Virus record (IMG/VR): IMGVR_UViG_3300037422_000298
DNA length: 64,000 nt
Origin: a virus
Taxonomy: Duplodnaviria; Caudoviricetes
Direction: 5' to 3' (one strand)
In this document: positions 9,601 to 19,154 of the stretch, piece after piece
Position numbering within the stretch: the stretch's first letter is position 1
Layout of the letters: each line of letters begins with the position of its first letter
Notes under the pieces: model-generated
What the model saw: the letters and a program-made list of their open reading frames with translations, nothing else
Told to the model about the DNA's origin: nothing
The model's database searches: none
Program-made: the position numbers and the translations under genes

Positions 9601-10235
9601 AAGTGAACACACCGAGTGCAGTTCCTGTCGGCACGCCGCTCTTTCCTGCCGTCAAGCGTCGCGTTCCCGCCAGCGGCATTCGAGGCGGTGTGACGCTCAC
9701 CAAGTCCACGCCGTACGGTTCTGTTCACATGACACTCAACAACCACCCCGACGACGGCAAGCCGTTCGAGCTGTTCGTGCGCGTCGGCAAGAGTGGCTCG
9801 GAAGTCATGGCGTGGGCTGAAGCGTTCGGACGCGTCGTCAGCTACACGCTGTCGATTCCGTCGCCGTTCTCGCCGCAAGCACGCCTCGAAGAGATCGCGC
9901 GTCAGCTGGAGAACATCGGCGGCGGCGACGTCTGGGTCGCTGGCCAAGAACGCGTCGTATCGGCGCCCGACGCGATCGCGAAAATGCTGTTGCACTACCT
10001 CCAACACGGAGTCCAGCCCGTCGTGGTGTTGCCGCCGAGTGCGCCGTCGATTCCGGTCGTCGTGTCGACACCCGTAGCAGCGCTCGCTGCAGGTAGTGAC
10101 GTCGTTCCTGTGCAGGCGACGGGACGCGCAAAGTCGAGATCGCTGAGCGACCTGTGCCCAGCCTGCGGCAAGGCAACGTTCACGTACCAACAACGCTGCG
10201 GGCTCTGCACCAACTGTGGGCACTCCAAGTGCTGA
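6630..10235 (+). CDS. nrdJ: class II (adenosylcobalamin) ribonucleotide reductase with intein, C-terminal TSCPD-like domain and zinc ribbon
   Basis: PNTPCLVNAG, SACFV, ATNPCGE, IAPTGTIS, KGITVYRDG; C-terminal CPAC...CTNCGHSKC. Confidence 0.93.
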   Translation: MIEPSLTEISQSILAKRYLIRNAQKEVVETPKGLFQRVARAIASVEQGPAEREKWESIYYTMMASCDFEPNTPCLVNAGRPDGTGQLSACFVIPVHDSMDGIFTALHHAAMIFKSGGGVGYSFSRLRPEGDFVASTSGIASGPCSFMEVFDFATERIKQGGVRRGANMGILRIDHPDILRFIRLKQDSAKMQNFNVSVAITDAFMLALEAGKDYDLVHPTSGNVVGQLNAPTVWREIVHCAHVIGDPGLFFIDRVNAADPLSAALGPIEATNPCGEVPLRPFDACCLGSINLAKFYVEKQNGNARHSNVTLRHGSIDFDRLQKTVTNSVRFLDNMLSINRYPIPEIADVTSKCRKIGLGAMGWADLLIQLGIPYGSPEARELGGHVQKLVNGWAVDASEGLAEERGPFHYWDVSTWKKNGDKPRRHSTVSVIAPTGTISMIAGCSSGIEPLYALSMTREQAGLSLQEVSPLVEKIAKREGFWSDQLAESVRQTGSLKTAPGVPDHWRAVFATANELDMEAHVGMQAAFQAHVEDGVSKCLAAGTLLPTSRGLMRIEDFSTVESDDTFVALDGSITTGGHRIVQHYRAGLKPSTRVVFDSGAQLVGATASHRVMTIDGWKLMSELRPGDKVIGRFEESHSAGSEPLDGDDTWRTNAKQIPFPKYMSPSLAEWLGMLCADGHIIESTGNVGLTCANDIVEQRFIDLSQLLFDITPRVTRDDRTENVRYVSITSRNLVRRVHSLIGSGAYGKHAPDAILRGSSIEKRAFLRGITLDGFITDDHGLCVYGGMSETLAYHVAEICRSFGLPKVYQGSKTVVGASLPGARCYNVYVSGLMQAQIDCVEPHKNRAPADVSWSVHVDREMVERTTVPVDHPNYGALRSLKQDTSRRYCTSRVAEVFSWPTDRIVLTARSVEDAGLVELYDVEVEHSHEYVVNGVVSHNTVNLRNAATETDVEQAYLAAWQKGCKGITVYRDGCRSGQVLTAGVAVKPAEVNTPSAVPVGTPLFPAVKRRVPASGIRGGVTLTKSTPYGSVHMTLNNHPDDGKPFELFVRVGKSGSEVMAWAEAFGRVVSYTLSIPSPFSPQARLEEIARQLENIGGGDVWVAGQERVVSAPDAIAKMLLHYLQHGVQPVVVLPPSAPSIPVVVSTPVAALAAGSDVVPVQATGRAKSRSLSDLCPACGKATFTYQQRCGLCTNCGHSKC
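8244..9449 (+). mobile_element. intein with LAGLIDADG homing endonuclease (402 aa)
   Basis: GVSK|CLAAGT...VVSHN|TVNL; LGMLCADG and FLRGITLDG motifs. Confidence 0.92.
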
Positions 10236-10254
10236 GCTGAAAGGATCGAAGACC

Positions 10255-10797
10255 ATGCAGAACGGAAAGCATCACGTGATCGCTCGCGAGCCCTTCTCGC
10301 GTAGCGGTGAAGTCGTCGTCCGTGCGCCGCGCAAGGACGACGGCATCCCCAACAAGGGCTACGTCATCCCCGACAAAGCCAGCACGCACAGCATGGATCG
10401 GGACTTCGAAGTCACGCACCTCACGTTCAAGCTCACTGCGCTCGCTGAAGGTGCGGTGACCGATCCGCAACCGACCGTGCTCGATCGGCTGATCCAGATC
10501 CATCTGCTGAGCAATCACAACATGCAGATCATCGGCAACGCCGTGCCGTTGCAGGCTGTCGACGGCGGGAGCGTCTTCTGCTGGGCACCCGAGAAGCCCG
10601 TAACGATGCGGCGAGGCGACGCGTGGACGGTCTCGATCGACGGTCGCGAGTCGTTCGACATCGCGTTCGATGGTCAGCGCAAGCGCATCGACGCGATTCG
10701 TGTCGAGGTCACGTTCGAGGGTGAGCTGCTCACGTACGGCACGCCCGAACACGTCGTCGAACCAGCACGCGACGGCGTTGAATCCCCACTGGGGTAG
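10255..10797 (+). CDS. hypothetical beta-rich protein
   Basis: ATG with AGGA upstream, in operon orientation; alternating hydrophobic pattern. Confidence 0.7.
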   Translation: MQNGKHHVIAREPFSRSGEVVVRAPRKDDGIPNKGYVIPDKASTHSMDRDFEVTHLTFKLTALAEGAVTDPQPTVLDRLIQIHLLSNHNMQIIGNAVPLQAVDGGSVFCWAPEKPVTMRRGDAWTVSIDGRESFDIAFDGQRKRIDAIRVEVTFEGELLTYGTPEHVVEPARDGVESPLG

Positions 10798-10848
10798 CAC
10801 AACCGCGCCGTGAGTTACGGCGCATAACCTCGTCATTAGGGAGACGAG

Positions 10849-12612
10849 ATGCCGCGACAGAATCCGTCATTAGGAACCGACTGCCCGATCGATGTCGATA
10901 AGCTGATCGAGTCGAAGCTCTTGATCCAAGCCAACAGTGGTGCGGGCAAGAGCTGGGCGATTCGGCGTCTCGCCGAACAAACGTATGGGCACGCGCAGCA
11001 GATCATCATCGACCCCGACGGCGAGTACTACACGCTGCGCGAGAAGTTCGACTTCGTGCTCGCTCGTAAGGGCGGCGAAGCGCCCGTCGACATCAAGAGT
11101 GCTGCGTTGCTCGCGCGGCGGCTCCTAGAGCTGAACGTCTCGGCGGTCGTCGACATCTACGAGTTGGGTACTCAGCGCGCCGAATTCGTCAAGCGCTTCC
11201 TCGACGCGCTAGTGAACGCACCCCGCGATCTCTGGCACTCGTGTCTCGTCATTCTCGACGAGGCGCACATGTTCTGTCCCGAGGTCGGCAGCGCCGTCAG
11301 CTCCGACGCCGTCAAGAATCTGATGGCGCTCGGGCGCAAGCGCGGCTTTGCTGGCGTGCTCGCGACGCAGCGAATCGCGAAGCTGTCCAAGGATGCAGCA
11401 GCAGAAACCAACAACAAGCTGATCGGCCGATCAGCGCTCGATGTCGACATGAAGCGCGCCGCCGACGAGTTGGGGTTTGCTGCGAAAGAAGATCGTCAAG
11501 GACTGCGCAAGCTGCAATCGGGACAGTTCTATGCGTTCGGCCCGGCGATCTCCGACGAGGTTCGCTTGATCAAAGTCGGCCCGGTGCAGACAACGCACCT
11601 GCGTGCCGGTCAGCGAACGGCGCCCGCAACGCCACCGCGCGAGCGCGTCAAGAAAGTCCTCGCGCAGCTCGCGGACCTGCCGCACGAGGCCGACGAAGAA
11701 GCGAAGTCGATCAACGAGCTGCGCACGCAGGTCAAGCAGCTCAAGGGCGAGCTGACGCGCGCCAAAGCTGCGCAACCGAAGACCGAGACCAAGATCGAGA
11801 CGAAGATCGTCGAGAAGCCGATGGTCAAAGCTGCTGACCTGAAGCGTCTCGAAGCACTGCTCAAGCGCGCGGAGACAGCTGGCGGCGGCTTTCTCGCGCT
11901 CGACAAGAAGTTCTACACGATGCTGGAGAGCTTTGGGAGGACCGTCGGCGATTGGCACAGCGCGCTCACAACGCTCAACCTTGCCGTCAACATCGTACGC
12001 AATCCGACGCCGTCGAAGGCAAACCCGATCGTCCTGCCTGTGAAACAGCCGACGAAGCCACCGAAGGGCTTCATGCTCAAGCATCTGCCCCAACCGCTGC
12101 CCAAGACGACACCGCCGAAGCCGACAAATGGCCACACCAACGGCGAGATCAAGATCCCGAAAGGCGAAGCGGCCGTGCTACGTGCCGCGATCCAGTTCAC
12201 TGACGGTCTCTACAAGAAGCAGCTGACCGTGCTCACGAGCTACAAACGCTCGACGCGCGACGCGTACATCCAGCGACTGCGCGAGAAGGGCTTGGTCGTC
12301 GAACAAGGCGACAAGATCTTCGCGACCGACGAAGGTCGCGCAGCGATGCCGAATGCCGAGCCACTGCCAACCGGCGAGGCGCTGCGAGAATTCTGGTATC
12401 GCGAGCTGCCGAGTGGCGAGTGTCAGATCCTGAAGATGCTCGTCGATGTCTATCCCGAGGGCGTTCTGAAGCCGACGATCGACGAGGTGACGGGCTTCAA
12501 ACGCTCGACGCGCGATGCGTACCTACTGCGTCTCGGCGCGAAAGAGCTGGTCGTTGAATGCGGCGTGGCGGAGGTGACTGCAAGTCCGACGCTGTTCGAG
12601 GTCGATGCGTGA
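10849..12612 (+). CDS. HerA/FtsK-like (DUF87) ATPase with coiled coil and duplicated C-terminal winged-HTH-like units
   Basis: IQANSGAGKS, IIIDPDGEY, ILDEAH, GRKRG..LATQR; KRSTRDAY occurs twice. Confidence 0.85.
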   Translation: MPRQNPSLGTDCPIDVDKLIESKLLIQANSGAGKSWAIRRLAEQTYGHAQQIIIDPDGEYYTLREKFDFVLARKGGEAPVDIKSAALLARRLLELNVSAVVDIYELGTQRAEFVKRFLDALVNAPRDLWHSCLVILDEAHMFCPEVGSAVSSDAVKNLMALGRKRGFAGVLATQRIAKLSKDAAAETNNKLIGRSALDVDMKRAADELGFAAKEDRQGLRKLQSGQFYAFGPAISDEVRLIKVGPVQTTHLRAGQRTAPATPPRERVKKVLAQLADLPHEADEEAKSINELRTQVKQLKGELTRAKAAQPKTETKIETKIVEKPMVKAADLKRLEALLKRAETAGGGFLALDKKFYTMLESFGRTVGDWHSALTTLNLAVNIVRNPTPSKANPIVLPVKQPTKPPKGFMLKHLPQPLPKTTPPKPTNGHTNGEIKIPKGEAAVLRAAIQFTDGLYKKQLTVLTSYKRSTRDAYIQRLREKGLVVEQGDKIFATDEGRAAMPNAEPLPTGEALREFWYRELPSGECQILKMLVDVYPEGVLKPTIDEVTGFKRSTRDAYLLRLGAKELVVECGVAEVTASPTLFEVDA

Positions 12613-13220
12613 CACTGACGTCGCCCACTGGAAGCGACATCGAGGTTAGCGATATCAGCCACCGGTTGATGAACGTTCCCCTCGGGACGACACTACGCGT
12701 GCCCGATCGCCACGAGTGGTACATCACGGGCGTTGCTATTATGCCGACGCGCGGATACACGCCGCCGCTCGGCGCTGGTGAAACACGCGATGCACGCGCG
12801 TGGGGCGACTTGCAGATCCGCGTGAACGATCAGCCCGACGCGCATTTTCGCGCCAACGTTCTGACGTTGATCGATCGGTACTGGGGGCGTTTCAACCTGA
12901 ACCCGTCGCTGCCAGAGTTGGTCGCGAAGCTGACCGAAGCACAGCAGGTGATGTTTACCGCACCGAAGCTCTCCGAGTTGTACACGCTGATGGACCATCT
13001 CGTGATCAAGCACATGGAGTACATCGACGCCGCGGCACCGCGACTCGATAAGCCAGTAGTGCTGCAGGGCGGCGTGCAGTGCATGATCGAGCACGTTCCA
13101 TCCGACGGTCCAGCGGTCGCTGAGGTCATGACCGATACACAGCTCGGAAATTTCGACATCAAGATCCTACGCGCTCTCGACGTCGAGCTGTCGGTGATCG
13201 TCAAGAGGCCTGTCTCGTGA
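12609..13220 (+). CDS. hypothetical protein
   Basis: overlaps both neighbouring genes by 4 bp. Confidence 0.65.
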   Translation: MTLTSPTGSDIEVSDISHRLMNVPLGTTLRVPDRHEWYITGVAIMPTRGYTPPLGAGETRDARAWGDLQIRVNDQPDAHFRANVLTLIDRYWGRFNLNPSLPELVAKLTEAQQVMFTAPKLSELYTLMDHLVIKHMEYIDAAAPRLDKPVVLQGGVQCMIEHVPSDGPAVAEVMTDTQLGNFDIKILRALDVELSVIVKRPVS

Positions 13221-15841
13221 CCCTAACCGTCGCTGATATGCCCGCGCTCGATCGCGAGATCGCGGAGGACGCGCCCAAAACGATTCGAGGCAATGCGCAC
13301 GGCGCGGACTGTGCGAACTGTCCATTCGGTCGACTGGGTCGACCGAACCAGCCCGTGTTCGGCGAAGGATGGGAACGCCCCAACTGGATCGTCGTCGGTG
13401 AGGGTCCGGGGCAGAACGAGGTGATCCAACAACGTCCGTTCGTCGGCAGCTCAGGACGTCTCGTCAACGAAGCGCTCTCGAAACTCGGCGTCGCCCGCGA
13501 GTCGCTGTTCGTCACGAACAGCATGCTCTGTCAGCCGCCGCACGGCACAACCGATCACGTCAAGAAGCTCGCACGTCAGGCGTGCGGCCCACGGCTGAAA
13601 CAGGAGCTAGCTAAATTTCCCGGCGTCCCCGTTCTCGCACTCGGCGCCCACGCAGCACAGCAGCTCACGGGCAACGAGAAGTTCTCGATCACGCAGATGG
13701 CGGGCGCGTACTACGAGGTCGACGTCGACGACAGCGGTACCAAGCGCTCCGTGATCCCGAGTATTCACCCCGCAGCCATTCTCCGTGGCGGTTCCGGTGG
13801 CGGTGGTGGCGGTAGCCATACCGTGGATCTCGCGTTCTGGAATCTGCTCTACGACGCACAGAAGGTGAATCTTCTCTCGCAAGGGCGCGACATCAAGTTC
13901 ACCGACGATATCGACGTTGAACAGGAGAGCGTCGATCGTGCTCGGCAGCTGATCGCCGACTTCGTTGCCGACGCCCGTTGTTTGAAGCGGTTCGCGTGTG
14001 ACACCGAAACGTACGTTCCGAATCCCAAAGCGCAAACAGCACTGTCGCCCGTGAACGCGCATATGTCGGCGCTCGGGCTCGCGACCGTCGAACGCGCGGT
14101 CAGCATCGCGTGGGACTTGTGTATCCCCGACGTTATCGCACCGCTCGATGCACTGTTTGCCGACCCCGAGATCGTCAAGGTGTTTCACAACCGGATCTAC
14201 GACGTACCCGTGCTCGAACGGCACGGCTTCGTGATCAATGGCGAGATCCACTGCACGATGCTCATGCATCACAACGCATTTCCGGGTCTTGCTCACAACC
14301 TGCAGCGCGTGCTGACGCAGTTCTTCGCTGCGCCGCCGTGGAAAGCCGAATACCGCCACGGTCAGGGCACGCTGACCGAGCTACTGCCGTACAACGCGCG
14401 CGACACACTCGCGACCGCGCGGATCGAGGAGCCGATCCACAAGGTCATGATCAACACGCGCGCCGACCAGACGTACAAGGTCGATCTGGCGATGGCGCAC
14501 GCGGCCAGCGTGATGCACGTGAAGGGCGTCCCGATCGACCGCGAGATCAACGAACAGCTCCGCGTCGGCTTCCGTACGAACATCGACAAGGCGCGGCAGG
14601 AACTCGACGACAAGATCCGCGACCCCGGCATCTTCGCGCGATTCAAGGAGCGTCTCGCGTTCGAACAGGCCCGACGTACGCGCAAGCACGACCCGGTCGA
14701 TCCCGACGAGCGTATCTCTGCACGATTGAGTGAGATCGAATCCAAGAGTCACTTCAACTTCATGGTCGACTCCGGCGATCACATCGTCGCGTTCCTGAAG
14801 GCGTGTGGCGTCCCGTTGAGCCTTCAGACGCCGAGTGGACGCATCTCGACGAAGAAAGATGTTCTCGAAGCGTTCGTCGACTATCCCGAAATCCGTGCGC
14901 TGCTTTCGTACCGCGAGAACGCCAAGCTGCTCAGCACCTTCTGCGAGCGCATGTTCACGCGTCAGATCGGCAATCGGATCTACTTCGGATTCGCCGACGA
15001 GAACGGCCGCGTCCATCCGCGCTGGAGTGTTCACGCGATCACCGGACGCTGGCGTTCTGAGGGTCCTCAAGCGCAGAACTGGCCCAAAGCTGACAAGAAG
15101 AAGGGACGCCCCAACCTCCGCAGTCAAGTTGTCGCGCCCTACGGGCGTGCCTTCGTGGCGTTCGACGCGAAGCAGCTCGAAGCGCGTCTCATCGCGCTCA
15201 TGTCGGGCGACCCGTTCCTGCTCGACATCTTCTACAACGACCGCGACATCCACACCGAGTTTGCGAAGATCGTCTGGCCAGAGTGGGACACCGTTCCCGT
15301 CGACGAGCGCAAGGTCCGTCGCGACCTGATCAAGCGTCCTGAATACGGCGCGTTCTACGCAGGCTCGATCGAGACGCTGTGGAAGTCCGTCGTGCGCGAC
15401 TACCCGAGCGTCACGATCGGCATGATCGGCAAGATGGTGCAGGTGATGAAGACCCGGATGCCGGGCGTCACCGCGTGGCACCAGAACATGATGCGGACGG
15501 CGGATCAGCAAGGCGAGATCCGCAGCATGATTCTCGGCCGTCGGCGCTGCTTCCCGATCAAGCAGTTTGACCTGTCCGAGGTCGTCAATTTCCCGATTCA
15601 GTCGTCGGGTGCCGACCTGATCAACCTCGGGCTCATGGAGATCATGCTGCTACTGCCCGAGGACGCCTTCCCGATTCTTCAGATCCATGACGCCGTCGTC
15701 TTCGAATGCGACGAGGACGATCAGGATCTCATGAAGCAGCTCGTCGTGAAGAGCTTCACGCGAGACGTCACGTACAACGGCCACACGATGCACTTCCCGG
15801 TCGACGCCAAGTCGGGCAAATCGTGGGCGGAAGTCAACTAG
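13217..15841 (+). CDS. polA: family A DNA polymerase with N-terminal family-4 uracil-DNA glycosylase domain and 3'-5' exonuclease
   Basis: UDG: CANC, VGEGPG..E..RPFVG, HPAAILR; exonuclease: DTET, HNRIYD, YNARD; polymerase: DAKQLEAR, KRPEYGAFY, QIHDA. Confidence 0.92.
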   Translation: MTLTVADMPALDREIAEDAPKTIRGNAHGADCANCPFGRLGRPNQPVFGEGWERPNWIVVGEGPGQNEVIQQRPFVGSSGRLVNEALSKLGVARESLFVTNSMLCQPPHGTTDHVKKLARQACGPRLKQELAKFPGVPVLALGAHAAQQLTGNEKFSITQMAGAYYEVDVDDSGTKRSVIPSIHPAAILRGGSGGGGGGSHTVDLAFWNLLYDAQKVNLLSQGRDIKFTDDIDVEQESVDRARQLIADFVADARCLKRFACDTETYVPNPKAQTALSPVNAHMSALGLATVERAVSIAWDLCIPDVIAPLDALFADPEIVKVFHNRIYDVPVLERHGFVINGEIHCTMLMHHNAFPGLAHNLQRVLTQFFAAPPWKAEYRHGQGTLTELLPYNARDTLATARIEEPIHKVMINTRADQTYKVDLAMAHAASVMHVKGVPIDREINEQLRVGFRTNIDKARQELDDKIRDPGIFARFKERLAFEQARRTRKHDPVDPDERISARLSEIESKSHFNFMVDSGDHIVAFLKACGVPLSLQTPSGRISTKKDVLEAFVDYPEIRALLSYRENAKLLSTFCERMFTRQIGNRIYFGFADENGRVHPRWSVHAITGRWRSEGPQAQNWPKADKKKGRPNLRSQVVAPYGRAFVAFDAKQLEARLIALMSGDPFLLDIFYNDRDIHTEFAKIVWPEWDTVPVDERKVRRDLIKRPEYGAFYAGSIETLWKSVVRDYPSVTIGMIGKMVQVMKTRMPGVTAWHQNMMRTADQQGEIRSMILGRRRCFPIKQFDLSEVVNFPIQSSGADLINLGLMEIMLLLPEDAFPILQIHDAVVFECDEDDQDLMKQLVVKSFTRDVTYNGHTMHFPVDAKSGKSWAEVN

Positions 15842-15850
15842 GGGGACACG

Positions 15851-17929
15851 ATGAAGAGCGACTACATCAACGACATGTTCGACGATCACACGGGCGCGCT
15901 CGCGACGGTGATTCCCGGCTACGCCCAGCGCGATGGTCAAGTGCAGCTTGCACGTGCCGTCGACGACGCGATCGAGGAGCGGCTCGTCTTGCTCGGCGAG
16001 GCGCCAACCGGAACCGGCAAGACGATGGCGTACCTCGTACCGGCGATCCGTCACGCGGTTCGCGACGGACGAAACGTCCTCGTCGTAACGGCCAACAAGG
16101 CGTTGCAGGAGCAGCTGATCGAGAAAGATCTGCCGCTGCTCACCAAGGCCTTTCAAGTCAAGGAAGGCCTCTCGTTCAGCTACGCGCTCCTCAAGGGCCG
16201 CGCGAACTATCTCTGTCGGCGCGAACTCGACATGTTCGACGCAGGCGCGCCTGTTCCCGGACTCGGTCTCGACGAGCTGAACGAAGCACAAGCGCTCAGC
16301 GCATGGGCCGTCACGACATTCACGGGTGACCAGTCGGACGCACCTGCGGCCGTCTCACAGAAAACGTGGAACGCGTTCTCGGTTTCCGGCGAGCGGTGTG
16401 GACGGCGCGCGTGTCCGTACTTCGAGTCGTGCTTCGCCGAGCGTGCGCTCGACGAAGCAACCGGCGCGCATGTCGTGGTGGTCAACTACGACTTGTTCTT
16501 CTCGAAGCTGATCCACGCCAACGAACCCATGTGGACCAAGTTCGGCACGATCATCTTCGACGAAGCGCACGAAGCGGCCAACGTTGCGCGTCGTTGCTTC
16601 GGCCGCGAGCTGGGACTGACACACTTCAACCAACTCGCGAGCGACTTCTCGAAGTACATCGGCGATTCAGGGCTCGCCAAGGCTCTGCGCGGTGTCGCCG
16701 CGGCTTTCTTCGAGGACGTCGCGCGATACGCCCTCAACATGGAGACGCCTCGCGTCTGTGAACACGACTGCGTCGCGACGATCGAAATCGTCGACGTGCT
16801 CGACGACGTTGCCCGCGCCGCGAAGGGCTTGTGCGGCTGCGGTACACCCGCGCTCTGCGGCACGTGCACCATGCGCGTTCGCATCAACGAGCGCGCGACG
16901 ACCTTCATCGAACAGATCAAGGAATTCTCGGGACAGCTCAACGACGCGACGGCGTACTGGATCGACAAGCCCGCCGATGACAATCGTGTGACGCCTGCAA
17001 CCGTTCGCCTGCGCGCGGTGCCGTATCGCGTCGGTCAGCATCTCTCGGAGCGCGTGTTCCTGCGTTACCCGGCAGTCATCTGTGTTTCTGCCACGCTGAC
17101 TTCGGGCGGCTCGTTCGATTTCATCCGCGACGAGCTTGGTCTCGTCCATCAACCGATCGCTCCGGCGCTCCCTGTCGACGGCGACTTCGAACAGATCGAA
17201 GGCGCCAAGACGAGCAGCTGGAAGTTCGGCCTGCACGGTGCCAAGACCAACACGCACGACACGAACGTCCTCGGACTTCGCGTGCCGAGCCCGTTCGACT
17301 TCGCCAAGCAGGCCAAGTTCATCGTGCCACTCGGCATCCCGTTCCCGATCCCTGAGAACGACGCGATCTACAACCAAGCCGCCGCCAACGCACTCAAGAC
17401 GCTGATCCACGACTGTCGTGGACGGACACTCGCGCTGTTCACCTCGTGGCGCCGTCTCAAGTACGTCGCCGAACAGCTTGCAGGCAAGATCGACTACCCG
17501 CTGCTTGTACAGGGCGACGCGCCGAACAAACTGCTCGCGCAAATGTTCCGCGAGCAGACCGACTCGGTGCTGCTCGCGACGAAGAGCTTCTGGGTCGGTC
17601 TCGATGTCCAAGGCGAATCACTGTCGTGCCTCGTGATCGACAAGCTCCCGTTGGAATCGTTCGGCGATCCGCTGATCGACATGATGAAGCAGCGCCACCC
17701 GGAGACGTTCTGGGACGACTTCTACTTCCCGCGCGCCGCCATCGAGCTGGCGCAGGGCGCCGGACGCCTGATCCGGAGTACGCACGACCGGGGCGTGTTC
17801 GTTCTGCTTGACGCGCGAATCCTCGCCAAGGCATACGGCGGCATGATGCGTCGATCGTTGCCTTTCGTCGGCTTCTCGAAGAGCCTCGCCGACGCAGGCA
17901 AGTTCCTCGCAGCAGGAGGCGCGCGGTGA
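15851..17929 (+). CDS. DinG/YoaA-family Fe-S helicase
   Basis: EAPTGTGKT, KGRANYLC, CPYFESC, DEAH, SATL, QGAGRLIR. Confidence 0.92.
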   Translation: MKSDYINDMFDDHTGALATVIPGYAQRDGQVQLARAVDDAIEERLVLLGEAPTGTGKTMAYLVPAIRHAVRDGRNVLVVTANKALQEQLIEKDLPLLTKAFQVKEGLSFSYALLKGRANYLCRRELDMFDAGAPVPGLGLDELNEAQALSAWAVTTFTGDQSDAPAAVSQKTWNAFSVSGERCGRRACPYFESCFAERALDEATGAHVVVVNYDLFFSKLIHANEPMWTKFGTIIFDEAHEAANVARRCFGRELGLTHFNQLASDFSKYIGDSGLAKALRGVAAAFFEDVARYALNMETPRVCEHDCVATIEIVDVLDDVARAAKGLCGCGTPALCGTCTMRVRINERATTFIEQIKEFSGQLNDATAYWIDKPADDNRVTPATVRLRAVPYRVGQHLSERVFLRYPAVICVSATLTSGGSFDFIRDELGLVHQPIAPALPVDGDFEQIEGAKTSSWKFGLHGAKTNTHDTNVLGLRVPSPFDFAKQAKFIVPLGIPFPIPENDAIYNQAAANALKTLIHDCRGRTLALFTSWRRLKYVAEQLAGKIDYPLLVQGDAPNKLLAQMFREQTDSVLLATKSFWVGLDVQGESLSCLVIDKLPLESFGDPLIDMMKQRHPETFWDDFYFPRAAIELAQGAGRLIRSTHDRGVFVLLDARILAKAYGGMMRRSLPFVGFSKSLADAGKFLAAGGAR

Positions 17930-18525
17930 TCCGACTCGGCCCGTACGAAGGTCGACTGACGGACGCTGAGGGTCGCGAAGCGTGGCGCTTCACGAATTAC
18001 ATGAAGCGTAAGCCGAACGTCGCCGCGTACGAGGCGCGCCGTGTCGTGCCGTTCAGTGGCATTGCACGCGATCGGACGCGTGCACGCGCCAAGATGTCGG
18101 AGATCTTCATCCGGGAGCTATTCGGCGTTCCAATCGACATGGAGATCCACGACCGGGACGATTGCGGTGTCGACACGATCTGGAACGGCTACTGGGTGCA
18201 GATCAAGCGCTTTGGTACGCAGACCATGAAGCGCGGTAACGTTTGTTTCGTGATGGAGACCAACGATCCGTACGCGGGCAAGCCGCCATGGGACTTGGGC
18301 TTCGTCGTCGAAGATGACGCGCGCGATCCTCGCATCTGGCGCCTGGCGGGCTTCGTCACGCGAAAGAAGTGGCTGCTCGAAAGCCGCCTTCTCGAACATC
18401 TGCCAGTACCTTGTTGGGGCGTCACGAAGCCCTACCCACCAGCATTGCTGGACATCATCAAACTGCCGTACGGACGTCCGCGTAATCCCCCGCGGCCATG
18501 GCCACCGACGCGCGACAACATCTAG
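17926..18525 (+). CDS. hypothetical protein, possibly PD-(D/E)XK-fold
   Basis: GTGA overlap; E...DCGVD...VQIK spacing. Confidence 0.55.
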   Translation: MIRLGPYEGRLTDAEGREAWRFTNYMKRKPNVAAYEARRVVPFSGIARDRTRARAKMSEIFIRELFGVPIDMEIHDRDDCGVDTIWNGYWVQIKRFGTQTMKRGNVCFVMETNDPYAGKPPWDLGFVVEDDARDPRIWRLAGFVTRKKWLLESRLLEHLPVPCWGVTKPYPPALLDIIKLPYGRPRNPPRPWPPTRDNI

Positions 18526-18533
18526 AGGAATTC

Positions 18534-19154
18534 ATGAGAGGCAAGTACGTTCTATTCGAAGGTCCCGACGGTTCTGGCAAGAGCACGCTCGCCGAAGCGT
18601 TCGGCACCGCGCTTCAGCACGCACGGCAGAGCGTACGGCGCTTGGCGTTCCCGAGCCACGAGTCGGCTGTCGGTCGACTGATCCGCGACACGTTCGAGGG
18701 TCGTGCCACGGTCAACCCAGAAGCGATGATGTGGCTGTTCGCAGCCGAGGGCAAAGATCTCGAACCGCAAATCCGGCGACACGTGTCTGAGGGCGACTGG
18801 ATCGTCTGCGATCGTCACTTCATGGCTTCTGGGCTTGTCTACCAAGGCGAAGTCCACGGTCCAGATCGCGTCGCGGCCGTCACGCAGCCTGCGAACTTCA
18901 TCGTTCCCGATCGGATCTACCTCGTCGACGTTCCGGCCAAGGTAGCGATGGAGCGTCGAATGGCGCGGGGCGGATCGCGCAACGTCCTCTACGAACCCGA
19001 GAAGCTCGAACGACTCGACGCGATGTGCAAGGCGTATCGCGCACTGTGCGAACGGTTCCCCTCCAGCGTGATCCTCGACGGCACCAGGCCGATCATCGAG
19101 AACGTGAAGTGGATCTGGAGCAATCTCGGCCTAGAAGGTGCGCCGCCGTCGTGA
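18534..19154 (+). CDS. tmk: thymidylate kinase
   Basis: FEGPDGSGKST P-loop, AFP, VCDRH..SGLVYQG, PD..YLVD. Confidence 0.9.
   Translation: MRGKYVLFEGPDGSGKSTLAEAFGTALQHARQSVRRLAFPSHESAVGRLIRDTFEGRATVNPEAMMWLFAAEGKDLEPQIRRHVSEGDWIVCDRHFMASGLVYQGEVHGPDRVAAVTQPANFIVPDRIYLVDVPAKVAMERRMARGGSRNVLYEPEKLERLDAMCKAYRALCERFPSSVILDGTRPIIENVKWIWSNLGLEGAPPS

Noticed and set aside
10805-10823. GCGCCGT/ACGGCGC hairpin as a terminator
   Set aside because: No U-tract follows and the operon continues; insufficient support.
14381-15511. Long antisense ORFs (e.g. 14381..15511, 46378..47706, 31796..33172, 39349..40446)
   Set aside because: Shadows of real genes caused by GC-rich codon bias; no motifs and no start context.
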